A stretch of 64,000 nucleotides of DNA from Paraspadella gotoi. Its lineage: Eukaryota; Animalia; Chaetognatha. A program made the position numbers and the translations under genes. Location of the stretch: positions 29,426,852-29,490,851 of the forward strand of contig CM119265.1 of the NCBI GenBank assembly GCA_051294375.1, written 5' to 3'. Positions 1 to 12,770 of this stretch are shown here, piece by piece. The notes beneath the pieces are model-generated. The model was not told where the DNA came from, did no database searches, and was given only the letters and a program-made list of their open reading frames with translations. Numbering within the stretch: position 1 is the first letter of the stretch; every line of letters begins with the position of its first letter.

Positions 1-64
1 ATCATCACTGTCATCGGTTCTCTCGTTCTCCTAATCTTCTCTCTCCCTCCCCCCTCCCTTTCAG

Positions 65-508
65 AATCGTCATCATCACTGTCATTGGTTCTCTCGTTCT
101 CCTAATCCTCGGAACTATCGTCGTCATCATACTCCTTCGCAGTGTCAACGCCAGCGTCAACGACGCCGCCGCGGCCGCCGACGCCGCCGACGCCGCTCTC
201 TCAAACCGGCGCTCTTTGCCCTCGAATCTCGGCGTCGGTTCAGACACGACGCCGGTCGGGACTCTTCTCCAAGCGGCGTCGCTCGGCGCCCCTTTTCACA
301 ACGAAGGCGGCTCAAATTTGAACAGCGCCACCTTGACCAGGGTCATTGGCGGCGCTGGCGGCGGTGGAATAAAAAAACTAGGAGGAGCGCCGCCTGGCGT
401 CGTTCTCCCCGTCGGCGTAAACGGCGTCGTAGTGACGCCGACAGGAACCGGAAGTCTGCCCGGCGTCAATCGCCACGCCCATCCGACCCCGGCGCCGTTT
501 TCTCGGTC
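65..508 (+). CDS. Internal exon of an unknown single-pass membrane protein (TM helix plus Gly/Pro/Ala-rich tail), running into an N gap
   Basis: Polypyrimidine tract and tttcag acceptor at 61-64. The frame reads IVIITVIGSLVLLILGTIVVIILLRSVNAS... and continues into ORF 216+. GC-rich, coding-like composition. Confidence 0.6.
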
Positions 509-1375
509 NNNNNNNNNNNNNNNNNNNNNNNNNNNNNNNNNNNNNNNNNNNNNNNNNNNNNNNNNNNNNNNNNNNNNNNNNNNNNNNNNNNNNNNNNNNN
601 NNNNNNNNNNNNNNNNNNNNNNNNNNNNNNNNNNNNNNNNNNNNNNNNNNNNNNNNNNNNNNNNNNNNNNNNNNNNNNNNNNNNNNNNNNNNNNNNNNNN
701 NNNNNNNNNNNNNNNNNNNNNNNNNNNNNNNNNNNNNNNNNNNNNNNNNNNNNNNNNNNNNNNNNNNNNNNNNNNNNNNNNNNNNNNNNNNNNNNNNNNN
801 NNNNNNNNNNNNNNNNNNNNNNNNNNNNNNNNNNNNNNNNNNNNNNNNNNNNNNNNNNNNNNNNNNNNNNNNNNNNNNNNNNNNNNNNNNNNNNNNNNNN
901 NNNNNNNNNNNNNNNNNNNNNNNNNNNNNNNNNNNNNNNNNNNNNNNNNNNNNNNNNNNNNNNNNNNNNNNNNNNNNNNNNNNNNNNNNNNNNNNNNNNN
1001 NNNNNNNNNNNNNNNNNNNNNNNNNNNNNNNNNNNNNNNNNNNNNNNNNNNNNNNNNNNNNNNNNNNNNNNNNNNNNNNNNNNNNNNNNNNNNNNNNNNN
1101 NNNNNNNNNNNNNNNNNNNNNNNNNNNNNNNNNNNNNNNNNNNNNNNNNNNNNNNNNNNNNNNNNNNNNNNNNNNNNNNNNNNNNNNNNNNNNNNNNNNN
1201 NNNNNNNNNNNNNNNNNNNNNNNNNNNNNNNNNNNNNNNNNNNNNNNNNNNNNNNNNNNNNNNNNNNNNNNNNNNNNNNNNNNNNNNNNNNNNNNNNNNN
1301 NNNNNNNNNNNNNNNNNNNNNNNNNNNNNNNNNNNNNNNNNNNNNNNNNNNNNNNNTTTTTTTCTAATATTTTGC

Positions 1376-2669
1376 AATAATTAAAATAGATTACAAATTT
1401 TTTTAAATTATACTGGACATCCGGAAGGATAGCTAGATTGACCCAAATCCCTAAATAATATTAAAATATACAATAAAAGACAGGTCTATGATTCTAAAGC
1501 TTTTACACGAATCTTAAATAAGAATGAAATAAAATGATCAAATACTGTAGCTAAATTATTAGATATAACAACTTCAGATTTTGCACCCCGATAAAAAAAA
1601 TTACTGAGGTTTTTTTTCTAACTCACAGTAGTCCAGCTTGCTTATTTTCTTAGTTATGTGCTCATCATGGCATGGACAAATTTAGGAAAAATTATATTTT
1701 GTTTATTTGCATACTTCCTTTTATTAGATATATTTTTATAAAAAAAATATTTTAAAATTTTGGTTCATCTTACAGATACAGAAATTGGAGTATGTGTCTG
1801 GATGTCAAAAGCTCTTCTGGTTATAAAAAAATCTGTGTAGATAAAAGTCGATTTTTTCATTTGGTTTTGGAACACTCAAGTTTAAAAAATCTTATCTCCT
1901 GAACCACTTGATTGTAATAAACTTTAAAATTTAAATACATTGTGTAGAAAACAATGCCGCGAGCAGTTTACCGTACGTTGCACACAAACTTCGGATCGGG
2001 CTGTCGTCCGTCACTACAGGTGGGTTAGACGCCCCGTCCCGCTTTTATTTGCGTGAATCAGCTAGGCGCGAACCCAAGTCCTTTAGGTTGGGAGGAGCTC
2101 ATGCTACCTCCGGCGCCATAGGTGCTGCTGATTCTCGGACGAGTAACGGGGTATGAAATACTACCGCTACACATCCCCCCCTAGGCATCACACACCCGCG
2201 CAAGTGTGATGGCTATGATGCACGCGTTGTGCCCGAGCACTCTAAGAGGGGCTGCCTATTCCTGCTCCCGTCTTCACACACGATGGTCGAGGGCCAAGGT
2301 GTGTTAACATGCCCGGGAAGAGGTGTAATAACGTGCCAGCGTGTTCGTGTGGGCTCACTAATGTAGAAGACGATGCCGCGAGCAGTTCACCGTCCGTTGC
2401 ACACAAGGTCCCAAACTTTGGATCGAGCTGTAATCCGTCATTACAGGTGGGTTAGACGCCCCGTCCCACTTTTACTTGTGTGAATCAGCAGGGCGCGAAC
2501 CCGAGTCCTTTGGGTTGGGAGGAGCTCGTGCTTCCTCCGGCGCCATAGGTGCTGCTGATTTTTCGGACGAGTAACGGGGTAGGAAATACTACCGCTACTG
2601 GAATTTGGAATTTGGAATCTGGAATTTAAAGTTATAAAGTGGCGCGTTTGTTTTTTTTGCACATGAGTG
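1376..2669 (+). mobile_element. Right part of a Tc1/mariner-like non-autonomous element (same family as 32066-33809), interrupted by the structured repeat at 1944-2598
   Basis: Ends in gcgcgtttgttttttttgcacatgagtg followed by TA. Internal blocks (gacatccggaaggatag, aaccacttgattgtaataaa, ctggaatttaaagtta) match 33515-33809. Confidence 0.6.
1944..2598. repeat. GC-rich, ~420-bp-unit tandem repeat (about 1.55 units) with extensive stem-loop potential
   Basis: The unit start gtagaaaacaatgccgcgagcag (1944) recurs as gtagaagacgatgccgcgagcag (2362). Many hairpins are visible. An inverted copy lies at about 23040-23720. Confidence 0.8.
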
Positions 2670-4093
2670 TATTTCTTCCATGTCTTCCTTCCCTTCTTCT
2701 TACCTTCACTTCTTCTCCTTCCTCTTTTTTCTTTCCATCTCTATTTGATTCATCTTTCCCTTTTCTTCTCTTTTCTCTATTTATTTTTAATTCTCTTTTT
2801 TTTTCTATTCTATTCTATTCTATTCTATTCTATTCTATTCTATTCTATTCTATTCTATTCTGTTTTATTCTATTCTATTTTTCGCTTTGTTATTTTTTGT
2901 ATTGTTTTAATTTACTATTTTTGATTATTAATGAAATTAAATACTCCGTTTACAATATTTTATTATTGTGAGATATTTTTTTGTGAGGTGCTAAAAATAC
3001 TTCTGACGTATTTCAATTTTAATTTGTTTTCTTCATTTTGAGCAAAAAAAAAAGAATTGACTTTTGTTGTTAATGTATTAAGTCTTTCATACTTTGTACA
3101 TAATTTAAATAATAAACGATACTGATAGAGCGATACTGATTGGGCGATGTTATTAAAATAAAAAATACTGTAAAGATTTGGTTTTCGTCGAACATTTTTT
3201 GATCAATGTTGATAAATAAATAAAACGCGCGAACTTTATAAGAATTTCTTTTCTATCTGTGGGTTGAATTGACTTTTGATTTTTTTCTTTGTACCACTTG
3301 TTATATAAGAAAAATAAAAAATCATACAAACGTAATTTGTGTTGTTTTGATTTTGTTTAATGGAATGGATGTAGAATAAACGATTTAATCAGGTTTTTAA
3401 ACAGCTAGTTAGTATTAATGTCAATTTTAAAATTGATTAATAATCAGATATCAATTGTGAATGATTACTATTGTTGTATGTTAAGAAACAGAAAATTAAT
3501 AATTAGACAATAACATAAATCATAAGCAACGAAAATGCTTAAATTACAACAAAACAGAAGGTAATTTTAATAATGACTGAATATTATACCCCGTTTCCGT
3601 TCGCGTGTGACATCAAGAAAATATTTACTATACTTTTAATATCTAATAAATATAATACATAAGCAAATCAATAGTTAAAGAATTACTGAACGTTTTCTTT
3701 GTATGAGATTCTTTTCATAATTTATTTATTTATAGGGTGACCATTTAAAACCCGCCGCTATAAAAAAATTGCTGCTTCGTCATACAGAAAAGGATTTCTT
3801 ATGATATAAAATGTTTCTTCCCTGTAATCAAGAACTTGCTTGTTTATATTAATTTTACTATGTTAGACAAAAAATTCAACTAAATAAAATATGAAATGAA
3901 TCTTATACACAGTAGCTCACTAACTAATGATGTACTTTTGAATTATACCTATTAAAGGAAAGTAAAGATTTTTTGGTTTCATTTGCTAACAGGCACGCGG
4001 TAGTTTCTATGTTATCATCAGTGGAAGAACATAAGAAGATGAAGACAACAGAAAAACCTTTGTCAAAATATACCGATATTTTTTTTAATTTAA

Positions 4094-4606
4094 TTTTTAG
4101 TTGCAACTCCATAATTCACTTTTCGTCGATCAGTTGGTCGGTCGGTCGGTCGCACGGTATGTCTGTCCATCGGTCTGTCCCACTTACGTTAAAAATGCTC
4201 ATTACTCGCCTAAAGTTGCTCATTGATTTGTTAAGACAGGAAAAAACATCATATCGAAGTGACTGCTAGCGCCGCCTTCTGTAATGCGCGTCATAAATAC
4301 ATGGGCGAAGAAAGATATTTTAGTTAATACTTGGCAGACTGGTTAGACATTACTAAATGCTTCTTGTGCAAGTGTTTCATACTTGTGTAGTCACGTGACC
4401 ACGCAAAACTACAGTCACGTGATCACAAAGTAAATGTGGCATATTTCGTGTAATGTTTGAAATGAAACTTGGCAAAAAAGTTATCAACAATAAAACGTTT
4501 GTTGTACATAAATTTTCTCGTCATGTAGTCATGTGATCACAGGGAAATACACGTGAAAAGAAAGTCACTGCGGCGCAACACATTGGATGGACCGATCTTG
4601 TTTTTT
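4094..4606 (+). mobile_element. DINE/HINE-like (Helentron-associated) non-autonomous element
   Basis: Starts tttttagttgc, followed by a (ggtc)n/gtcy microsatellite; ends gcgcaacacatt...cttgtttt in T-rich flanks. A related element lies at about 10212-10460. Confidence 0.45.
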
Positions 4607-4709
4607 CTGCACAGTAAGACGAGAAAAAAAGTTTATATTATTATATTAACTCTAAATAAGATGATTTGAACAGATTGAATAATTTATTCAGTTAATTCAA
4701 ACCGAAACA

Positions 4710-5463
4710 TTAGTTCATCCGCCGTATTCCTCCGTCCCACCGTCGCCTCCCTCCTCCTTCTCTCCCTTCTTTCCTTCCTCCCTCTCTCCCTCTCTCTCTC
4801 CCTCTTCCTCCCTCTCTCCCTCTTCTTCCTCTAATTCCTCCAACTCTGGAAAAATCTTCCTCGTCATCTCCACGAGATTTGAGGGCGTGGCCCGATGGGA
4901 GAGCGGAATAGATACCGACTCTGGGAAGAATCGGGGACCGAATGGTGAGCTGAAAGGAGGAGGGGAGGGAGGAGAGAGGGAGGGAGGGAGGAAGGAGTGG
5001 GAGGGGAGGGGGAGAGAGGGAGGAAGGGTAGGGAAAGGGAGGGAGAGTAGGGGAGCGGGATACAAAAGCGGGAAAGAGAGAAAGGGAGTAAAAAAAAACA
5101 GTTAAAAACAAAAGAATAGAGATAAAAGTTAAAAAAAAGTTTAGTGGGAGAAGAGAGAGATAGAGACGCGAAGAAGAATGAAAGAGTTGGAGTAAAGAGA
5201 TAGGAGAGAGATAGAGACGGAAAATGAAAACCGAAAACCAAATGGAAAATTTATCATAATATATATGAAAAATTATCTAAACTACTACAATATGTAAATG
5301 AGATTGAAGAACTCAATCTTTCTGCTGTATTCGCTACAGAGAGAGTGAGTGATAAAATAAGAAACAAATAAAATTAAAATTATCTTACAATTTATGTCAA
5401 AAAATATGAACCAAGTTGAACATTTTTTGTTTGGAAATTTTATTTACGATAAAACAATTGAAA

Positions 5464-5498
<35 letters not shown>

Positions 5499-5674
5499 CC
5501 GTCGGAAAGGAAGGAAAACAAACAAAAACAGAGGAATACAAAAGAGTGGAGGAAAAACAAGCTAAATCTTGGCAGGCGCACCTGAGAGCAATCTGAACAA
5601 TAGGGGGCAAGAGGAAGGAGGAGGAGGAGGAGGAGGAGGAGGAGGAGGAGGAAGACGACGACAAAGAAAACCAC
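4710..5674 (-). CDS. Possible small two-exon secreted protein (exons 5582-5674 and 4710-4949)
   Basis: Hydrophobic leader VVFFVVVFLLLLLLLLLLLLPLAPYCSDCSQ ends at cag|gtgcgc. Acceptor tttcag at 4950 follows a long pyrimidine tract, and the join is in frame. The start codon is GTG here but ATG in the duplicate (~19952). Confidence 0.3.
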
Positions 5675-6174
5675 TTTCCCTCCCCGCTGTTTCGTCTTTC
5701 TTGAGAACCAGAAGTCGCCGTCTTAAGTGTCTTTTGCGTTCGATGACTTTTGTTTGTTTTTCTATTTAATTATGTAAATATTTCTCATATTCTCATCTTT
5801 CTTATATCCATTTTGTATCATTCCGAATAAAAATACATATTATTGTTCATTAATTAATTATAAATTAATTAAATTTTTAATAAATTTATAAATGTATATA
5901 AAATAATAAAAGATATGTATGTTTTGAATTATTACTATTAAGCAAACAACAAATATGTCACCGACGACGACGACGACAACAACAACAAACAAAGTGAAAC
6001 CTAAAATAGGAATGACAGAAATGCTCTTTTTCTCACCGTTGGTTCTGAGGGAGAAAAAAGAGAGAGAGAGTGAGAGAAAGAGAGAGAAAGAGAGACAGAG
6101 AGAGAGAGAGAAAGGGATCATGGTTCTCTTCCTCCTCATTGACTTTGTCAACTCAATTTCCTGGACAACGAAAT

Positions 6175-6221
<47 letters not shown>

Positions 6222-6434
6222 ATCGGAAAAAGGATTTTGACCTGAAACCTTGGAAATGACCAACGGATAGAAAGAGAAAAAAAAAAGATTTGCATTGTGA
6301 AAGGTTGCTAAGTATATTATATTACTATTGGACAAAATTAAAGTATTATAAAACTTATGAAAAATATTTATATCTTTCTTGTGGACAAAAAACTACAAAC
6401 TTGGTCAAACTATTGACCTTACTTTCAACGACCT

Positions 6435-6469
<35 letters not shown>

Positions 6470-6494
6470 NNNNNNNNNNNNNNNNNNNNNNNNN

Positions 6495-6985
6495 TACCTG
6501 AGCTTCTATACTAAGCCTCGTGCCCTGCACTTGATTCATCATCTTAAGAAGGTCTCCCGTCATTCTTTTGATTTAACACCTCGCGCAACGTGCTTGAGTT
6601 TTTTGGACATTACGGCGCCAAGCAAAATCTCAACAGACCTCCACGTCAGACTGGACGCCTTCCCGCGCTCTTAGGAGAGGGGGGGGTCACATCGGGCAGG
6701 AGGATCAATCTCGCCAAAATCCAAAACGATCAGGAGGATCGGGCGAATCCCCCGGCAATAGAAACGCTGATGCATGGCCTGGGGATGGACCTGGACCAGA
6801 CCGACCAATCAAGCTTGGGCAGGAAAAATTGAATTGTCAAAAAAATCAGCTCCTTGCCTCTGATCGGTCTTTGTTATAAATAGCTTAGTTCTCTCTTAGG
6901 TTTCAAGTAGAATGTGATTCAGGACTGCCTGCGTTGCGTTCTCACGTCACCGTTATCTTACTCAGAATAAAATCGAGTCTGGATT
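6495..6985 (+). mobile_element. 3' end of an LTR retrotransposon (polypurine tract plus partial 3' LTR)
   Basis: PPT aggagagggggggg is directly followed by (t)gtcaca-like LTR start at about 6686, TATAAATA at about 6875 and AATAAA at about 6966. An identical copy lies at 12796-13286. Confidence 0.5.
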
Positions 6986-7076
6986 GCTATGACCTAATCT
7001 TGATTTTCTCAGTCTTATGATACTTAATAAATATATATATTTTTGTGTTATATAATTAAACAGGTTCATGATATTT

Positions 7077-7360
7077 GTAGTCGGGCATTGCGTAGGTTCA
7101 CCACCGCCTAGAATCATGCACTATTCAGTTGTGACCCGGTGGCTCATTGGAGTAAAGCCATCAGCCATGCACCACTAGGTACCGGGTTCAATCCCAACCC
7201 AGTAATACCCGTGCAGGAAGCATGGAGCGGCCGTAAGCCGCCTTGGGGGCAATGCAAACCCTCAAGGCCTGGTTCCAGCCAGGGACCCGTTCCATGGCTG
7301 CTAGATGGGGGTTATAGAAGTTACGACAGTCATCTTCAGCCCACAGTGCGCCTTATCCAC
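7077..7360 (+). mobile_element. tRNA-headed SINE-like element with twister-like ribozyme (noisy copy)
   Basis: A box tggctcattgg (~7140) and B box ggttcaatccc (7185-7195), followed by a twister-like segment. Same family as 13380-13663, 26406-26687, 44505-44948 and 52385-52658. Confidence 0.7.
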
Positions 7361-8895
7361 ATATTTTGGAAAAAAATAAAATTTTAATAATTTAACTTTT
7401 TGACACTATTTAATTGAAACCAATGGCTGGGCAGATTACTTTTTTATGTTGAGCTTTAGTATTTTAAGGCTTTTTGAGGATATTAATAATTGTTTAATAT
7501 TTAATAAATACTTTGGTTAAAAAAAGTTGCTAAAAGTTCCCCTAAAAAATGAATTTAAAAACAGTGAGTTGGAAAATGAAAACCCGAATTTTGAAAATCC
7601 AAGCTTTCTCCAGTCTTCAACTTGTCAAGGCATATCTTTAACTGATCAATATAAAACTAATGTAACAGTATTTTCTACTCAACTATTTTTAAAATCAAAT
7701 GAAATTAGACCATGGTTTGCAAATGACAGCATATTTCTACCGTGCGCTTGTAAAATTGTCACCATTGTATTTCTCAATTTATAAAACTATATTTAACCTT
7801 AATCCCAAAACATAGCTTAACCCTAAACCTAACAATTCTTTTCAAATTTATAAGCATGACAAGACCCCCATATTAGTTAATTTTATATATATATAATATA
7901 TTAGAGCGATGTCAAAATTCACATACAAACGAACTTATTGGAAGTTCGCTACAATGGTTTTCGAATATAGGTAATAAGCATAACAAGAAGCCATTGTAAA
8001 GTAATACGACCTAAGTGAGCTATCTTAAGTAAGCTCAGCTTTAAAAAGTAATAAGGCGTCAACCTTTAAAGCAATTTTCGAATATCGATTCAAGATTTTT
8101 AAATTTTTGAAATTCGAAAAAACACAGTCTCTGTTTAAATATAATAGTTAAATATTTATCAGTTTTTGAAAAAGGAAAGACTGAAATTATTTTTGATTGA
8201 CACATTACAGTTTTTCTTTGCTATAAATAATGCATGTATATTTCAGTTATAGTAAAAAAACGTAAAGACGACAAGCGACGACAAACAACAACAACAAGAA
8301 GCAGCTGCAGCAGCAAGTAATCGATCTCTTCTTTTTCTTCGCGGAATCGAAAAAATCGTTCGTTATTCCAGACGAATGAAATCTGAGGAGAAAAAAGGAG
8401 AAGAGAGAATTTGATGGGAAGAGGGAGTGAAAGAGTGGGAATCCAGGTGAAGTAAGAGAGGAGTGAAAGAGGGGAACCAGGTGAATAAGAGAGGGATGTA
8501 AAGAGGGAACCAAGGTGAAAGTAGTAGAGGAGAGTGGAAGAGGGAACCCAGGTTGAAAGGTAGAAGAGGAGTGAAGAGGGGAACCAGGTGAAAATATAGA
8601 GAGGGAGTGAAAGAGGGAACCAGAAAGGTAGAAGAGTGGAGAGGAACTAAAGGTAAGAGAGTGAAAGAGGGAACAGAAGAAGGGAGAGGAACGAGTAGTA
8701 GAGAAAAAGGAATTGGAATGAAAGATGGGAGAGAGAAAACAGAGAGAGAGATTGAGAGAGAGATGAAAAAAACAAATAGCCGAAACAGAAACAGAAGAAT
8801 ACAAAATAACACAAAACAACATCAGAAAACAACACAGAATCCGAAGGCAAAACAAACAACAAAAAACAACAACAAGCCAACCACTTCATTTTCGA

Positions 8896-9027
8896 GCGCG
8901 TCTCACATTTTTTGGTATTGGCCAAAGGAGAAAAAGAATATTGAAAGGTGAAGAGAGATGTTGTCGACGCCTTGGTATCGACTAGCGGGTCATGCTGTCC
9001 CCAAAGAGGCTAAAGAGTGACCCAACA
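8896..9027 (+). CDS. Exon-like segment of an unidentified gene (copies at ~15214-15353 + and ~25056-25185 -)
   Basis: The other copies give an acceptor ttttcag and donor cag|gtgagg. Consensus peptide GASHILVLAKGEKEIEGEENVVDAWIRLAGHAVPKEAKEADPT. This copy carries indels. Confidence 0.3.
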
Positions 9028-9825
9028 GGTGAGGTCATCCTGACCCCAAGAAAGTTACCAAAAATATCCCAAAGACCTTAGAATTGGGCTCCAGATTGAC
9101 CATTTCTCCTCTCTTCTCCCCCCCCCTCCTCAAACAGCATCCGCGCTCGCTCGCACGGATCGGGTCGACAACGCCGTTCAATTGCAGCGCCGATGGCACC
9201 TCCGCTTCAACGAGATTCGCTCGTAATTGCCGAACTTCGTTTTTCCGAAAAACGCAGTCGGAAAAACAAAAGAAGATTACTGTTGTTGTTGTCATTAAAT
9301 CGGATCGGGAAGAAGGAAAGGGAGAGTGGGGCACTGGGACTGGGGAGGGGAAGGGCTGAGTGGGGAAGGGGAAAGGGGAGGGGAAGGGAGGAAAGGGATG
9401 AGTGTATGGGATCGGAAAAGTGCACAGGGATAAAAACAGAGAAAAAAAGTGATTTTTAAACAAGAAAGGAGACCTTACGGCTTTTTCTCTCTCCTCTCTC
9501 TCCTCTCTCTCTGACCCTTCACACTCCTCTTTCTTCCGATCCAACTTTCAACCTTGACGCCCTCCCACATCCTGCTTTCTTTCCCCCAATTATCTCTGAC
9601 CCTTCCAACAGTCCTCATTTCTCCGTCCACGCATCGTGACCCGCTTCCACATCCCACGTCCGTTCAGATTCTCCCTCGCCACCGTCAAGGCGTCTGGCTT
9701 CGAGGTCGCGATGGATAAAAGCGTGAACTCACAGCTGATCTTCTGCAAACACATTGCAGGCGCCGTTTCCGGAGGAAGAAGGGGGGAGAGAAAAGAATAG
9801 AGAGTGGATACGCCGATGACAGGGT

Positions 9826-9890
<65 letters not shown>

Positions 9891-10539
9891 GAGATATGTC
9901 GATTGACAAGGTGAGAGAGAGAGAGAGAAGAGAGAGAAGAGAGAGAGAGAAGAGAAGAGAGAGAGAGAGAAGCTAGAGAGGTGAGAGCAGTACCCGATTG
10001 GACAGGGTGAGAGAAGAGAGAGAGAGAGAGAGAGGAAGAGAGAGAGAGAGAGAGCAGAGAGAGAGGGAGTGGGAGTGGAAGTGGGAGAGGGGATGAGTGA
10101 GGTTATTTTTTCTTGTTTTGTATTTGTATGGCATTTAAAATATCTTTCTGCAGCGAAAATTACAGGAGCGGTTCCTTTAATTATAAAGGGGTATTAAGGC
10201 CATTAATCACTTATTTTTTGCGCAGTCTCGTCACTTGGTCGGTCGCGTCGTCGGTCGTGGTCGGTCCGTCTCGCCGCGTCGGGTCCTCGCGGTCCTCGTC
10301 TGTCCCACTTACGTTAAAACGCTTATAACTCTTGGCCTTATAGATAGTTGCTCATTTGTTAAATCAATCTAAGCACTACTGGCGCGCCTTTTTGGTTTTT
10401 AATGATAAGTAAAAAGAAAAGTATAATGCTGCGCAACAACAAAAAATGAGTCGTTTTCTCATTATTTAATCAAATAAACCCCAAACTGGGTAATTAAAGA
10501 ACTAAAAAAATCAATTAATCAAGAATTACAATAAATCAA

Positions 10540-11760
10540 TAAGTCAATAAATTAATAAATTAATGAATCAATGATATAAATAAAGTAATAAATTTTATAA
10601 TCAATAAATCAATAAGTCAATAATTAATAAATCAATAAATTCATGATAAAAAAGTCAATAAATTAATAAATATAAATCAAATAATAAATTATAAAAATTT
10701 ATCAAATGAATCATGATCATAAATCAATATACAATAATCAAAATCAAATCAATACACGTCAATAATCAATTAATAAATCAAGAAATCAATTAATAAATCA
10801 AAAAATCAAAATCAAAAAATCTATCAATAAATCAATGAATAAATAAAAATAAATAATTAAATAAATAAAGTAAATTAAAAAAAAATATAAATAAATAAAT
10901 AATAAATAAATTAAAAAATAAATAAAAAAATAAAAATAAATTAACCAACCAACCAATCACTAACAATGCACATCGATCAATCAAATCATTGAATAAATCA
11001 TGAAATAAATCATCATTATTTATTAATTAATGAATTCCTCATTCATTCCACAGGAATGGCGAACTTTGTCCTCTGTGCGGATGGAGAATGAAATTCCGAC
11101 GAACGGAAGAAAATGAAAAAAGACGAAATCAGGTTACGTTTTTTTTGTTTTGTTTATTTGTTTTGTTTTTAAAATAGTTCGTGTGAATTTCAAAATTAAT
11201 ATTTCCGTTTCTATTAATGCTTTGTATTTTAGTTTAGTTTGGAGCCTGATAAGTTTATTGTACGTAAAAATTTCTTCCGTTAGAGATGTTTAATGTCGGG
11301 ATTGTAAATATTGTCATTTGTCGGTTCATATATTATTTACCTTTTCATGAATAATCTTATGTTTATAACGTTGTAAATTATTTTTAGATTCTAATCTTTG
11401 AGTTTGTTTATTGTTTAGATTAGACGAGAAACGACCGAAAATTTGACGAAAATTCCTAAATTCGGATCAAGCGACATGTAAAGCAAACATTTTGGTCGGT
11501 CAGTTTATTGAAAATATTAAAAAAATAAATATTTATTTATTCATTATAAAAACTTCTATTGTTCTAGAATAAAAAAATTAAACAAATCAAAGGAAAAATT
11601 TTTCAGGTCAAAAATGACTTTATATTATTCAAGATTGAGAGAGAAAGAGAGAAGAGAAAGAGAAAAAGAGAGAGAGAGAGAGAGAGAGAAGGCGAGAGAG
11701 AGAGAGGGAGAGAGAGAGAGAGAGAGAGAGAAGAGAAGAGAGAGAGAGAGAGAGAGCAAG

Positions 11761-11817
<57 letters not shown>

Positions 11818-12533
11818 GAGAGAGAAAGCGAGAGAGAGATAAGAGAGAGAAAGAAGGCGATTTTTTTTATTCTAGAACAATAGAAAGTTTTTATTGAATT
11901 AAATAAATATTTTATTTTTTTAATATTTTCAATAAACTGACCGACCAAAATGTTTGCTTTACATGTCGCTTGATCCGAATTAGAATTTTCGTCAAATTTT
12001 CTCGTTTCTCGTCTAATCTAAACAAATAAACAAACTCAAAGAATAGAATCTAAAAAATAATTACAACGTTATAAACATAAGATTATTCATTGAAAAGGTA
12101 AATAATATATGAACCGACAAATGACAATATTTACAATCCCGACATTAAACATCTCTAACGGAAGAAATCTTACGTAACAATAAACTTATTTCAGGCCAAA
12201 CTAAACTAAAATACAAAGCATTAATAGAACGAAATATAATTGTGAAATTCACACGAACTATTTTAAAAACAAAACAAATAAACAAAAACAAAAAAAACGT
12301 TAACCTGATTTCGTCTTTTTCATTTTCTTCCGTCGTCGGAATTTCATTCTCCATCCGCCACAAGAGGACAAAGGTTCGCCATTCGCTGTGGAATGAATGA
12401 GGAATTCATTAATTAATTAATGAATGATTGATTTATTCAATGATTTATTCAATGATTTGATTGATCGATTGATTGATTTAGTGATTGGTTGGTTGGTTTA
12501 TTTATTTTTTTATTTATTTATTNNNNNNNNNNT

Positions 12534-12564
<31 letters not shown>

Positions 12565-12770
12565 TATTTTTTTTAAATTTATTTATTTATTTAATTATTT
12601 ATTTTTTATTTATTCATTGATTTATTGATTAGATTTATTGATTTGATTTATTGATTTATTAATTGATTTCTTGATTTATTAATTGATTTATTGACTTATT
12701 GATTTTTTGATTTATTGATATATTGATTTATGATTCATTGATTCATTGATTTATTAATTTATTAATTTAT
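10540..12770. repeat. ~1.1-kb-arm palindrome centred on an (AG)n tract (11636-11860)
   Basis: 11860-12770 is the reverse complement of about 10540-11578. Confidence 0.85.
11053..11131 (+). CDS. Short exon-like segment of an unidentified gene
   Basis: ttccacag acceptor and cag|gtta donor bound a GC-richer island reading approximately EWRTLSS..MENEIPTTEENEKDEI. Copies at ~12305-12385 (-) and ~18382-18460 (+). Confidence 0.3.

Larger units (their letters stand above)
1376..6470. repeat. Large inverted duplicate of about 19180-24262
   Basis: Both ends and the internal blocks match as reverse complements (1376-1430 vs 24212-24262; 6395-6440 vs 19180-19225). Differences are mostly 1-bp indels. 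Confidence 0.9.
6495..11860. repeat. Direct duplicate of about 12796-19180 (partly also inverted at 24263-26760)
   Basis: Colinear match from tacctgagcttctata through the 11.6-kb (AG)n tract. Both copies begin right after an N gap. Confidence 0.9.

Noticed and set aside
509-1356. Long ORFs 216-1367 and 466-1377
   Set aside because: Their length comes from the N gap.
2404-2422. Twister L4-like ggtcccaaac in the structured repeat
   Set aside because: It is present in only one unit, and I could not find matching P2, UAA and GAGGG elements in a valid order.
6590-6832. Identical 80-aa ORF present twice (also 12891-13133)
   Set aside because: It runs across the PPT/LTR boundary of a retroelement fragment within a duplicated block and has no recognisable domain.
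7133-7205. Possible tRNA gene
   Set aside because: A and B boxes are present but there is no convincing acceptor stem or cloverleaf, and it is embedded in a dispersed repeat. It is a SINE-like head.
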